Below, piece by piece: positions 1 through 13,577 of a DNA stretch of 64,000 nucleotides. Each line of letters opens with the position of its first letter. Positions within the stretch are counted from its first letter, which is position 1. Below the pieces are notes generated by a model that did no database searches, was not told the DNA's origin, and saw only the letters and a program-made list of their open reading frames with translations. The translations under genes and the position numbers were made by a program. The DNA is from Tubulanus polymorphus (lineage: Eukaryota; Animalia; Nemertea), in contig NC_134035.1 in NCBI RefSeq assembly GCF_964204645.1, positions 12,184,451-12,248,450 on the forward strand. Direction: 5' to 3'.

Positions 1-1264
1 TGATGTATAATTCACTATATTTTCAGTGCATGTATCTGAGTGTGGATCTCTCGGAATTATTGAAGAGGTGGAATACGCACATGATACAGAACAACACGGG
101 CGTCAGGAGACTAATCTAAAGGCGTTAATTCACCGGATAAAACACGCGATAAGAACATCTACACGAGTTAAGTGATTATTGAATTACCGATGTTTAAATT
201 CACACTACACCGCCGCCGCCGCCGCTGCCATCAGTGTGCAAGTTGAACTATCGTGAGAAAATCCGTTCTCTTTTTCTCTTGGTGCCCGTTCTCTTGTTAA
301 ACAAACTGTCGATTGATAACGCATCGTTTTTGAGACAGGTTACACACGCGCGCTCGTTCGGAGAACATTCAAAAACCAACTCAACTAACCACGTTCTAAA
401 GGGTAAATGGTCTTTTGCATAGAGCTTCGTTGTAGCAAGGTTGTCGCATGGATTCTAAAACAGTTCAGGATCCATGGTTCGAGGCATCTTTTCGCAGCTT
501 CTATGACATTTAAAACGCCTCTCCATAAAACTCGATGTTTAACTTTGCGAAACCTCGTCACTACAGGTTTTCTTTGACATTTTCTAATTCGGTCGACTTA
601 ATTTCCTGCCATCAGATGAAGAATGGTAAACAACTATATACACAGCATATGCGGGGGTCTTACCAAAGCAATTGCCATCATTTTTGATAATCGAGATAAA
701 ACTGCTTGAATCTAATGAACGTTTTATCGAATTTCAATGGGGTTTACGAATCAAACATCCAGATAGTAAAACAACGATAACAAACAAAGAGATTTACTGA
801 CAATGAATTGATTCAGTTTCACTACGTATCGATTGTAGGCCGCACCCTTTTTCAGTTACCCTAACCGTATAGAAAAGTTTCTCGCATTCGATCTCGTATT
901 CGTGAACTTCCCCAGATCGCGTTTCGACCGTTTCTTTTCCGGTATAGAAAAGAGATCTCGGAAACAACACGTCAATTGGCAATATCGTGTGAACAAGTTG
1001 CGTGTGACTGCGAGCTGCGAGCAAGCGTAAATTAGCATACGATTTTGTTCATTGGACGGAACGCCGCTGAACGCTTTGTTATTCAGAAACCATGACGTCG
1101 TGAATTATCGAAAAAATGACATTTCGCATTGTTCCGATACGTCAAAGGATGCTTTTATTTTGATTAGAACGAAAATATATTTAAACAATGACTCGAGTGT
1201 AGGCTTGATTCACCGCCGTCTAAAAAACTTCAAAAACCACCGCAAACTCGCTAGTAATAATAAG

Positions 1265-4200
1265 ATGCCGGCTTTTAACCGGTTAATGTCGTCTGGAATA
1301 GTACAGCTATGCGCTATGGTTATCATCGGTTTCTTACTGACGCCGTCGCGATGTTGGGAACACGAAAAACAAGTTGATGAATTCGTGGATTCGGTGATGA
1401 AGTGCGGTGATATTCCCGGATTGAGTTTGGCCGTCGTTAGAGACGGTCGGGTCCTGTTGACTAAAGGTTACGGTTTCGCCGACGTAGAAAACCGAGAAGC
1501 GGCGACGAAAAATACGAAATTTCTGATCGCTTCGTTGACGAAAGCGTTTACGAGTACGTTACTAGCAGAACTTCTTCACAAAACGAGGTAAATATAGAAT
1601 TATCAAACTCGGGATTCAGTTCCACAAACATGACTTAAAGTTCAATGACTTAAAGCTCACTCCGAGTTGAAATCGTTTTTTCTAAGTTGATTCGGTCAAA
1701 TCTGAATTCAGAACTGTGGACGGGATTCTGACGCGTACAGAACGTTGTTAATTCTGACCCACCCTTTGTATCATGGCGACGATGGTTTCGCCTTGTATTT
1801 ACTTCAATATTGATGGAATTCAAAGAAATGAACAAAGTCTTTTTTTATTGGTCTCACCCTTGTCGTTTTCTAAAGGGTTGCTAATTTTGCGCTATGTAAA
1901 TACTAAACGTACGAATTTGATTATTGATTATAAGGTTATATATTTGCATATTAGATACAGCTATAGCCTGCTTGACAATATTCGAAAGAGAAATCCATAA
2001 CTCGAGAGGAGACATTGCACAATATGTAGCCACGGCGAAAAAATGCGATGGTCTATATTTGATAATATTTGTAACATCGTTATGAAATCGTTAACGCAAT
2101 GATATTATGATAACACGAATGAAACTAATTCAAATTGCATTAGTGACGAATACCGAATTAAACAATACTAAAAAACGTAGCAACTTAGAAAACAATGGAA
2201 GATCAAATATCATACTATAACCATTCCGGTTATATCTGACCTTTTCCATCTCGTATGATACGTCATTTCATGTTAATTTCGAATGCTTATAAACAATCTA
2301 CTGAATAAAAGTTGCATTTGAACTTGGTAATATGTGACCTTTTCCACGCTGTTTAAATATGATATAGAACTGGCGGAAATCGGGTTCGAATCCCGTTATA
2401 TGAATATGTGTAGATATATATATATGGATGGATTGATCATAATTTCTAACGATATCTGACTTCAGATTCGGCGCGCAAATGAGAGAGAATCAAGGGAGTC
2501 TAAATACATATACATGTACCACAGCGTCTATACCATCATGATGCATGGGCCTTCATTAGATGACTATGTTAATCGGTTTTATTTGATTACTAGTCATTTA
2601 CGGAACAATTAACTTTGATACTTTTTGCTCTTTTTATGAGGGTCACCACGCCAGCAATAATAGTTTGCTAAGTTCCCCAGATAAACCGAAAAAAAAACGG
2701 ATGTATGAGAGCTTCTTAAAGATAATTTATATCCTAGTGATCTAATAGTGATATCTATTGTTAATAATATAGCATTCATTAGAAAAGGGATTCAAGGTTG
2801 CATAACATGTATAAATGCATAATGCATACATACGTGTATATAAGTATCTTTGTTCTGCGCGTAATGTCTTTTCGCTAGTGGAAAAATTTGTCATTTTCCA
2901 CATTATCCACCTCGACGCAGCGTAATCCGCTATGGACGCATTTGTTGAGCGCAACACAGTAATCATCATTTAGCCCGCGGCTTAGAATAACACGTCGTTA
3001 TTTGGACGTTATTTTTATTGTCGGCCATTAAAGTCTAGTAACTTGTTAATGAGTTGAGTTTGATTGATTGAGGTGATTATCACAAGACAACAAATACCAG
3101 ATCGCTGCTGCTGTTGCTCCTGTTCCGCGTCTATTCTCTAATGTCTGCATCAGCACGTCCGGGAGGGAACCTGACATATTAATGGAGCGACATTATTCCT
3201 GAGATGGGTTCTCTACGAATATTATTGTAGAAAAAGAAAAAAGTCTGAAAATGAAGATTGGCAGGAGAGAAACCAAAATTTTGTGTTTTTGGTTTCTCTG
3301 ATAATGCCGAGTTTACTCGAAACTCCGAAACTCGAAACTCTGTCAGAAATAAATAGTTCAATCATCAACTGTGGGTTTATTCTTATTAACTCTGAATACT
3401 GAGATTAATACCAGTTGCGTTTTATACGTATTTGTTCAGCAACTGAGAACTGTTTTTTTAATTATAATTGGCAGGTACACGTGGTCGACACCGATCAGAG
3501 AAATTCTCGGTGAAAGTTTCTACATCGGTAATCGATATATAAGCGATAATATAAATCTGATTGATATTCTATCACATCGAACTGGATTTCCGACCAGTAA
3601 CATGCTGTGGATGGCGGAGAAATTTACAACCGAACAGTTAGTACAGTAAGTATCCGACAGGCCGAACAGTGAGTACAGTTAGTATCTGACAGGCCGAACA
3701 GTTAGTACAGTAAGTATCTGACAGGCCGAACAGTGAGTACAGTAAGTATCTGACAGGCCCGATCACCACAGCAAAGGCACACATCGCAACAAACCTAAGA
3801 GCCCGACACAAAACTATTTTTTCAATTAGAATACTTATGTAATTAAGTAATTAAGAAATTATGTTTTGATATTTGAAATATCTTAGAATTGAAATTTTAG
3901 TCATACCATATATAACAGCGATATACGAAGTTATATTCAAAAGCACTTCCCTGGAAGAACTTTTGCAATGTTGAACCACTTGAAGCATTGAACCCTTTCA
4001 TTTCCCTCAGCGAGAACATAACATTTCATCTGAGTTTAACCAGATATCCAATTGACTTTGGGAAACCGAAAAACCCACTTACACTCTTGAAGCCCAGGGG
4101 AGAAGCAAACCTTTTTTACCCTTCAGATGCGCGAGAATGATATCTTCAGGTTGATCTGTCTGCATAAAGAAACCCCGGTAGGCCATTAAGAGATCCCTAA

Positions 4201-7200
4201 AGCTCCTGGTGCCCTTTCTTTTGTTTATCTTGAAAACGAATTTGAAACAGTATCTTATCGTTATCTTATAAAAGGAATACTAGTGGGAAAACAATGAATA
4301 TATTTTATAATTTGCATATCAACCTCTGGGCATGTGACTTCTATATCGGAGAATGGAGCGATTTAGTCACCACACCGGACCGTTTGTCATCGGCGGACTG
4401 GTCTCATACAGATCAAACTTTGAAACTAATAAGTCACTTCAGCTCAATTTATCGTCTAGTAACGCTTGTTTGCTCTATGGACTAAAAGAGCTGCTCTCGG
4501 AGATTCCTAGCAACGGGTATTTTAGATTATATACCAGAGAACATGGAATAACTAGATGAGGATATGGTTAGATTCTTGGCTAAACCGAGTTGATTTTGGA
4601 TCATTAATCCTGGATCCTGTCGATGGCTACAGTATGTAGACAAGGTAGTTCTTGATTCACCTGAACTACTTCTTATTGTAGAACTGATTTCCTATATAGT
4701 TCTGATCACATGTGCAGCTCGCTATGTCTATACAATAGAAACTATTAATTATCCATTTATTTGAAATAAGGCAATGACTATGCTGTAAGTAATTATACAA
4801 TACCTCACTGTACTAATTACTGATGATATAAACCTAATTATGAGAGACTATATGTCGAGTTACGTGTTCATTATCCCAAAAACCATCCCCGACATTCTCC
4901 ACAAAATCACCGCTCTCCAATGAAACCAAGTTCCTGCATGATATCTCGACCTATTTAGATTTATCGAAAAATACCATAGTGAAAATAGAAACAAATCAAT
5001 CGTAAAACAAATCTGAATTGAGAAGGCATTTTGATTATAATTATTCCCCCGAATGTCCTTACATAAATGCTAACGACAAGTTTCTTACACAAAGATGAAT
5101 ATCCGAATCCAAACTAATGATTTTTTCCAATTATCAAAGACTTTGCTGAATCGAATAGAAGAACCATTTTCTAAAGTGAACGTTCCACAATATCTTAAAT
5201 CAGTCGATTATCTTATTGTCATGCATTTTTATTTGTAGACAACTGCGCTACATGAAACCGAATAAACCATTCCGATCAAACTTTAGTTACAACAACGTCA
5301 TGTTCATTCTCGCCGGCCATATTGCTTCCGTTTTAGGTGGCGACACCTATGAGCGGTTGTTATTCAAACACGTGATTAGACGTTTGAACATGACCGACAC
5401 GGCGAATGTCGCTGAATCGGCGCCGAATAAGAACTTTTCACGTTCGTATAAATTCGATCGTAGCGATGGAAGTCGACAAACACGGCCCTGGAGGTCACAT
5501 AGGTTCGTATTACTACTATCAAGGTGTGGATTTAGGGGGGTGGTCTCTGCGGGGTCTGAACTCCGGCCTTCACACTGAAGTTGCCCTTTTCATCGAGACA
5601 AACATCGTTAAAACCCGAAATTGCAATTATCGGATTTATTTCCAGAAAAAAGAAAAAAAGAATCCGCGACGTTTTCGGGATTTTCAAATTTCGTGCGCTC
5701 GAAAAGATTGAAAATCGCCCTATCTTGACTAAAATTCAGCTTCAGTGTCCTGAAAATAATGAAATGCTCTTTTTGTAATTCTCTGCGCATTTTTTCAGAT
5801 AGAAAATATTTTAGTAGTAAATATACGATATAGTAATGAAGTACGTGTATATGGCTTCATATATCCTAGGAAAAAAATGGACATGCTTCCACTGGCCTTT
5901 TCATTGAAAAGTTTTCGCGTGCAGAACAGTCCGCAGAGCCGCCATAGCGTAACAATAACGTGAGCTTTTGTCGAACATGCCACGATCTGGTTTGTACCAG
6001 AACGATCAAAAACCGACATATCTCGTCGATCTAAAGATTGCACATGACTGGTCTGTGGAAGGGCTGTTTGACATCGCAGAGCATGATCTATTATTGGGGG
6101 CCGTAGTCACCTAAGTTAATGATTTCAAAACCAGAGGTGCCACGACGAAAGTTTTCGCATCTGAATAGAATTCTGTAATGAATGACCACAATTTCGGTTC
6201 ACCTTATTACAAATGTATATCTACGTTATTTTGGATCAATGCTTCAAATGTAACAAGTCTTTTAATTTTCTTACCGGTTTTTAATAATTCAACCCTAACT
6301 ATTGCGTTTCTTCGATTCTAAGGAACCAAGCAGAATCTGGACCTGCTGCGTCTCTATGTTCGACTGCCGAAGATATGGCCAAATGGTTGATGTTCCATTT
6401 GGAAAATATGCGCGGCGGCGGTGAATGGGCACAAAACAATCAACTGTATAAAGACTTGTATAAATCTCATAATGTTATCGAGGAAGATTGGAACATATTT
6501 CGATCGGACTCGATGCCCGTATCCGCAGTTTATAACTACGGTTTGGGCTGGTTCTCAGGAGCACAGGACGGTACGTCACAATGATAACCTACAGGGATAA
6601 CTTGCACAGTCATTACTAAACCAGTCTCCTTAGACCATCGATATGAAAAAGTCTAGTTTATGCGTCAATGATTTTAAGACCAACAGTTCTGTGGCCAATC
6701 TAACTACTTAAGACCAATCTTAAGATTTAAGACCATTTTTGATTGGACTTAAGTTACAACTATGCAAGGTGATATATATCTAGGCATTTCTTTCGATGGT
6801 AGAATTTTGAAACACATCTCATCAATCTGGTGAGTGACACTAAGTTCCTTAACGATAACCTACCAGATGTGATCGATACGTTTTTTTCGCAGTGTTTGAT
6901 AACATCTAGAAATAACTTTAATCTATTCAAACATATCCAAAACTTCAAAGTTCCAAAGAATATGCCCAAAATGTAGCAAATGAATGTTTTGAATTCGCTT
7001 TTGATTTTTGTTGTTGTTTATTTCTATAGGTTATAGGTCGGCATATCATTACGGATGGCTTCTCGATTTCTATTCGCGCCTTTTATTATTTCCGACAAAA
7101 AACTTCGCCATTTTCGTCAGCATAAACGGCAACGGAAAAGGCCAGCGTAATCGGCATTTATTCAACATTCATTGTTTCATCAGCGATTTATTACTGGGAG

Positions 7201-7757
7201 AAACTCCCTGGCTGAACAGCACTAACGTCTGCAGTCCAAAGACAACGTCCGGGCGAACACGCGCGACCAGTGAGACAGATAGTAAAATCAGCTTACAACC
7301 AGTTTTCTATAGTATTCCGAACTACGACGAATTAGAAGGAAACTATGGCAACGCATTGTATGCAAATTTAACGATCCTCTACGAGTGGCGAGCGCGCCAG
7401 TTGCGTCTAAAATACGGAAATTACGTAGACTTGATACTCGCCGAAACGACGGTGAAAGATAGATTTTCGATAGCGCCGGTCGAACCGATATCGATGTTGT
7501 TATGCGTTTACGACGATTACCTCGTGTTCGGTCGGGATAAATCGGCGAAAATCGATTCGCTCGAAATTCCGTGTTTCGACGACGGCGTCGAAATCAAATT
7601 CTACAAAAACTTCGTACTTACCGATACGCACCCGGGCGACGAGGTGATACTCGACCAGCAGCCGAGAATTTGTCAAGTTTCATCCGAATCACACCGCTTC
7701 GAAACTCGTAATTACTTCACTATTATGTTGTTCGTCGTCTATCGTTTTTTAATATAA
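1265..7757 (+). CDS. Beta-lactamase-family (AmpC/R61 DD-peptidase-like) serine hydrolase, secreted and probably GPI-anchored, about 577 aa; exons 1265-1587, 3475-3645, 5239-5502, 6323-6570, 7030-7757
   Basis: Five GT-AG exons join in frame (1734 nt). N-terminal hydrophobic signal (IVQLCAMVIIGFLL); IPGLSLAVV..GYG; catalytic SxxK (IASLTK); LSHRTG; YxN (FSYNN); GPAASLCSTAEDMAKW; YGLGW; HxG (YHYG); DUF3471-like segment (LEGNYGNALYANLTI); hydrophobic C-terminal tail (NYFTIMLFVVYRFLI*). Confidence 0.9.
3631..3758 (+). repeat. 4 x 32-bp tandem repeat spanning the exon-2 splice donor of the hydrolase gene
   Basis: Unit cgaacagt(t/g)agtacagt(a/t)agtatc(c/t)gacaggc starts at 3631, 3663, 3695 and 3727. 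Confidence 0.95.
4200..4700 (+). mobile_element. Degenerate Penelope-like (GIY-YIG) retroelement remnant, boundaries approximate
   Basis: ORF 4294-4485 reads NIFY...ACDFYIGE, resembling the GIY-YIG motif pair. It is followed by a decayed hammerhead-like core, ctgtcgat-ggctac-agtat-gtagac (about 4617-4641). Confidence 0.4.
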
Positions 7758-7963
7758 ACTTGTATAATGAAAATATTTTTACTCGAAGGTAAAGAAGGTA
7801 TGAAGTCTTTCATAAATCAATTTATGAAATACCGATCAAACTTTTGCGGACCAAATCTGTTACGGAACTCAATAGTCGTAATCAGAATATGAATTTACTA
7901 ACCACATTCGAGACTTCATCATAAGAGAGTCAGTAAATGTATGTGAAACATTTGTTCTATGGA

Positions 7964-7969
7964 AATAAA
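7964..7969 (+). promoter_or_regulatory. Probable polyadenylation signal of the hydrolase gene
   Basis: AATAAA about 205 nt after the TAA stop; the same motif is present in copy B. Confidence 0.55.
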
Positions 7970-8087
7970 ACATTCAATTAGTGTAAATAGTATCGTTATC
8001 ATACGAATTTTGTCTGGGTATTTTGATCACATAAAAAAATAGATTAAAATTTTCGAGAAATGAGTTTCTGGTGTATGATCTTTACCG

Positions 8088-8226
8088 TCGAGTGCTGCCC
8101 CTCAATATATCGACAGCGTTGAATATGTGAACTAACTCGACTTGGCAACATTCTTACTGTGGCATACGAGTAATGTTTTAGTTCACATGTTCACCGCTAA
8201 CGATGTGTACAATGGCAGCACTTGAC
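8088..8226. mobile_element. Short foldback/MITE-like element (also at about 13195-13332)
   Basis: Imperfect inverted arms tcgagtgctgcc...atatgtgaactaa / ttagttcacatgt...ggcagcacttga. Confidence 0.55.
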
Positions 8227-11200
8227 TGTTGATATTTCACGGAGATCAATATTCCTACTGTGGCATGCGAGTAATGGCTGAGTCTTCAGGTCAATACTCT
8301 TCTGACCCTGGCAAGCGAGGAAGGTTGACTTAACGCACCTTCAGTGAGACCATTCATTAATTGAAGATGTAAATCACAATAGACCAATTGCAAAACACCG
8401 AATAGTTTCACTGTGATGTGAATTAAGATTTGATAAGAGTTAAAACAATAACAGTGAACTAATCTTAACTCGGTTAACTCACAACAGTCAATCTGGTTCC
8501 TGGACAGTCTGAATTATTAGAATAAATAAAAGCGAACTAGATTCATGAACTATATTCGACATCGATACCAGAAGAAAACCCTCGATACCGATGAATAAAC
8601 AAGACAATAAGACAAGACATGTTTTATTAATGTTCTAATGTTTTATATTTGTCGGATCCTACACAATATTCCTAACACAGTATCTTTCGATCTCAACTTC
8701 ATCATTTATCATACAAAACATTCTTATATCGAGTTTATCCAGGTTTTTCTTTTTAAGGGATACAAATATTTTCGTAAATAAATTTATTTCATTTAAACGT
8801 TTTTTCAAATATTTTTACATTACATAATATTATTATATTCGCATTCACTCGCCCTCTCGCGCTCGCATTCATCGGATCTTAATCACGCAAATTTCATTTA
8901 TCAGTTTTCAAATCCGGGTTCACATAAATTACACATGTACATAGACTACAGCGCGCACATGACTTCAACGAGTTCCGGTAGACGGCGTTAATCGCAATTC
9001 TACCGGAACTCTGAGTTCGATAAGACACAAGTAATGCGCGGAATTATTTACATAACAAACATGAATTTATTCATGAGAAAAAAACAACTGAAGTTAGAAA
9101 TTATTTTATGGTCACGAATCAATGGTTTTTGCAATCGGTTTTGTAAAAATATCGACAAAATGTAAATACACAAAATAACTGCGACGAGTCGAAGAGATTA
9201 GGGGAATAGTTGGAAACAGAAAAAAATACAAAATATTACTTTTACTTATTACCCTTTAACAGACAGCAATTTGAATAAAAACCCATAAATACGAAGCAAA
9301 ATGAATACATTTCAGCTAAAATGCTATACGCCCTTTCAGAAGCGGATTCATTTTTCAAAACAGATTCATCTTGAAATCTATTTTTCAAAATACATGTAGC
9401 TTATTACACCGAAACGTCTAAAATCCTTTTAAAATTTACTTCATAACTTTGGGCTTTTTCTTCAATTGAATAGTACATTTACTTGGTTTCTGTGGAAACC
9501 AATATTTTTCAGCCTTTCTTAAAATATCATGCATTTTCTAATTCATATTTGTAAGATTAAACCGAAGCCAAACATTTGTGAATCATTATCTTTTCTTTAG
9601 ACTGGGCTGACGGGTTATTTTGGAAGCGATAAATTACAATTACATCTTAACAGTAATTCTTTTTAAAGTATCAGAATTCACAAATTAATTGAATGAAAAT
9701 TCGATGAAACGAGCCTTTATCTACCTATCAATTATCATTACAAATTACACAAATATGAAATTGAGTGTTTTAGCGGGGTGTTTTTAAACATTATCATATA
9801 TACTATATTTGTACAGGTTTTTTGGTATATATTTACAATGTAGAATATATTAATTTATTTCACATTGGAATCGAGACTTTATTTTTCTCTGCTAAACTTT
9901 TATACGATACATTTTGAGTCGTTGAATCATTTCAGGACTTGTAGGCCTACAACTGACAACTCTTTATCAAACCATCCTTAAACTAGCAATGTGCACAGGA
10001 GTGGACCCAGGTTGTTACCAAACAGTATTTTCTTTCCCATTGCTAAAGGCAATAGATCTAGAAAAGGGCATCATTTATATTCCAAACAAGCATTTACCTA
10101 TCAGTGTAGGATGTCTTACCCCCAGAAAATCTTAAAAGCCGAGTCAAATTTGGTGCATTATGAGGATAAAGGCTTTAATGATTTATCTAGTTCAAAATGC
10201 TTATTGAGTTTATACGGCAAACACCGTCTGGATCCAGCCAGTATATCATCTTAGAATGATTTGTTTATTTTCGAGTTATCAATTGGTCTCTACATTGTAT
10301 CACCCATCAATTAAATCAATGACAGATTAAACAATATCTTATGGTATCAATATTTTGTATACATGTGATGAGCAAAAACTGAAAATGGATATAAAATTAC
10401 ATGTATTATGAATTTGTCTAAATCAGTAAATCCATTTTTCATTTGGTTTAGCTGAGGATATGTAGTCGGTGAGCTAGCACCTCTCGCTTCAACCTCCATC
10501 AGAGTATCTTATGACCTGAGAAAGTCTAAGTGTCGTTAGTTCTTATTGGTCGCTTCGCTGAAATACCCCCGAAAATGGACCAATCAGAGTGAAGAACACT
10601 TACTGGTCAATTCTTTGTCAATTATAAAACAGTTGATAATGAATACCTGCCCGAGGCATGAATTTTTCGTTGGAAATTTGTTTTTTCTGAACTTCACTTC
10701 AAATGGTTTAAGTTTTAGAAATGGTTATAGTTGACATAGAAACCTGAATTTAATGCAGCTGTCAATCAGCCATCTGTGACCGCATCCGGGATTTTCAAAT
10801 TTCGTGCGTTCGAAAAGATTGAAAATCGCCCTATCTTGACTCAAATTCAGCTTCAGTGTCCTGTAAATAATGAAATGCTCTTTTTGTAATTCTCTGCGCA
10901 TTTTTTTCAGATAGAAAATATTTTAGTAATTAATATACGATATAGTAATGAAGTACGTGTATATGGCTTCATATATCCTAGGAAATAAATGGACATGCTT
11001 CCACTGGCCTTTTCATTGAAAAGTTTTCGCGTGCAGAACAGTCCGCAGAGTCGCCATAGCGTAACAATAACGTGAGCTTTTGTCGAACCTGCCACGATCT
11101 GGTTTGTACCAGAACGATCAAAAACCGACATATCTCGTCGATCTAAAGATTGCGCATGACTGGTCTGTGGAAGGGCTGTTTGACATCGCAGAGCATGATC

Positions 11201-11434
11201 TGTTATTGGGGGCCGTAGTCACCTAAGTTAATGATTTCAAAACCAGAGGTGCCACGACGAAGGTTTCCGCATCTGAATAGAATTCTGTAATGAATGACCA
11301 CAATTTCGGTTCACCTTATTACAAATGTATATCTACGTTATTTTGGATCAATGCTTCAAATGTAACAAGTCTCTTAATTTTCTTACCGGTTTTTAATAAT
11401 TCAACCCTAACTATTGCGTTTCTTCGATTCTAAG

Positions 11435-12864
11435 GAACCAAGCAGAATCTGGACCTGCTGCGTCTCTATGTTCGACTGCCGAAGATATGGCCAAATGGTT
11501 GATGTTCCATTTGGAAAATATGCGCGGCGGCGGTGAATGGGCACAAAACAATCAACTGTATAAAGACTTGTATAAATCTCACAATGTTATCGAGGAAGAT
11601 TGGAACATATTTCGTTCGGATTCGATGCCCGTATCTGCAGTTTATAACTACGGTTTGGGCTGGTTCTCAGGAGCACAGGACGGTACGTCACAATGATAAC
11701 CTACAGGGATCACTTGCTCAGTCATTACTAAACCAGTCTCCTTAGACCATCGAAACGTAAATGCTAGTTTAGGCATCAATGCTTTAAGACTAACATATTT
11801 CTATGGCCAATCTTACTACTTAAGACCAGTTTTAAGATTCAAGACCATTTTTGTTTGGACTTAAGTTACGTACAAATATGCAAGGTGATGGCATTTCTTT
11901 CGATGCTTGTATTTAGAAACACATTTCATCAATCTGGTGAGTGACACTAAGTTCCTGAACGATAACCTGCCAGATGTGATCGATACGTTTTTTTCGTAGT
12001 GTTTGATAACATCTAGAAATAACTTTAATCTATTCAAACATATCCAAAACTTCAAAGTTCCAAAGAATGTGCCAAAAATGTAGCAAATGAATGCTTTGAA
12101 TTCGCTTTTGATTTTTGTTGTTGTTTATTTCTATAGGTTATAGGTCGGCATATCATTACGGATGGCTTCTCGATTTCTATTCGCGCCTTTTATTATTCCC
12201 GACAAAAAACTTCGCCATTTTCGTCAGCATAAACGGCAACGGAAAAGGCCAGCGTAATCGGCATTTATTCAACATTCATTGTTTCATCAGCGATTTATTA
12301 CTGGGAGAAACTCCCTGGCTGAACAGCACTAACGTCTGCAGTTCAAAGACAACGTCCGGGCGAACACGCGCGACCAGTGAAACAGACAGTAAAATCAGCT
12401 TACAACCAGTTTTCTATAGTATTCCGAACTACGACGAATTAGAAGGAAACTATGGCAACGCATTGTATGCAAATTTAACGATCCTCTACGAGTGGCGAGC
12501 GCGCCAGTTGCGTCTAAAATACGGAAATTACGTAGACTTGATACTCGCCGAAACGACGGTGAAAGATAGATTTTCGATAGCGCCGGTCGAACCGATATCG
12601 ATGTTGTTATGCGTTTACGACGATTACCTCGTGTTCGGTCGGGATAAATCGGCGAAAATCGATTCGCTCGAAATTCCGTGTTTCGACGACGGCGTCGAAA
12701 TCAAATTCTACAAAAACTTCGTACTTACCGATACGCACCCGGGCGACGAGGTGATACTCGACCAGCAGCCGAGGATTTGTCAAGTTTCATCCGAATCACA
12801 CCGCTTCGAAACTCGTAATTACTTCACTATTATGTTGTTCGTCGTCTATCGTTTTTTAATATAA
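11435..12864 (+). CDS. Duplicated exons 4' (11435-11682) and 5' (12137-12864) of the hydrolase gene; no 5' exons (alternative 3' end, partial duplicate or allelic copy)
   Basis: Same lengths (248 and 728 nt) and intact splice sites. Only one amino-acid difference seen (CSPKT versus CSSKT). Confidence 0.75.
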
Positions 12865-13577
12865 ACTTGTATAATGAAAATATTTTTACTCGAAGGTAAA
12901 GAAGGTATGAAGTCTTTCATAAATCAATTTATGAAATACCGATCAAACTTTTGCGGACCAAATCTGTTACGGAACTCAATAGTCGTAATCAGAATATGAA
13001 TTTACTAACCACATTCGAGACTTCATCATAAGAGAGTCAGTAAATGTATGTGAAACATTTGTTCTATGGAAATAAAACATTCAATTAGTGTAAATAGTAT
13101 CGTTATCATACGAATTTTGTCTGGGTATTTTGATCACATCAAAAAATAGATTAAAATTTTCGAGAAATGAGTTTCTGGTGTATGATCTTTACCGTCGAGT
13201 GCTGCCCCTAAATATATCGACAGCGTTGAATATGTGAACTAACTCGACTTGGCAACATTCTTACTGTGGCATACGAGTAATGTTTTAGTTCACATGTTCA
13301 CCGCTAACGATGTGTAGAGTGGCAGCACTTGACTGTTGATATTTCACGGAGATCAATATTCCAACTGTGGTATGCGAGTAATGGCTGAGTCTTCAGGTCA
13401 ATACTCTTCTGACCCTGGCAAGCGAGGATGGTTGACTTAACGCACCTTCAGTGAGACCATTCATTAATTGAAGATGTAAATCACAATAGACCAATTGCAA
13501 AACACCGAAGAGTTTCACTGTGATGTGAATTAAGATTTGATAAGAGTTAAAACAATAACTGTGTGAACTAATCTTAA

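Larger units (their letters stand above)
5676..10784. repeat. Segmental tandem duplication, copy A (about 5.1 kb)
   Basis: Near-identical to 10787-16681 from cgggattttcaaatttcgtgc to catctgtgaccgca. ORF pairs 6375/11487, 7008/12115 and 9991/15888. Confidence 0.95.

Noticed and set aside
234-1038. Possible divergent minus-strand gene (donor near 860, exon-like segment 711-664)
   Set aside because: Splice-like sites exist, but every downstream frame I tried closes quickly and no homology is recognisable. It may be a non-coding or UTR transcript; unsupported.
2370-2396. gggttcgaatccc tRNA T-arm-like motif
   Set aside because: No acceptor, D or anticodon stems; at most a SINE relic.
1052-7757. 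Bacterial contamination or antibiotic-resistance gene
   Set aside because: The gene is split by four canonical spliceosomal introns that contain host repeats.
9991-10254. 87-aa ORF conserved at 15888-16151
   Set aside because: The conservation is only due to the segmental duplication. It has several amino-acid changes and a GTG start, and lies antisense in the probable BRSK 3' UTR.
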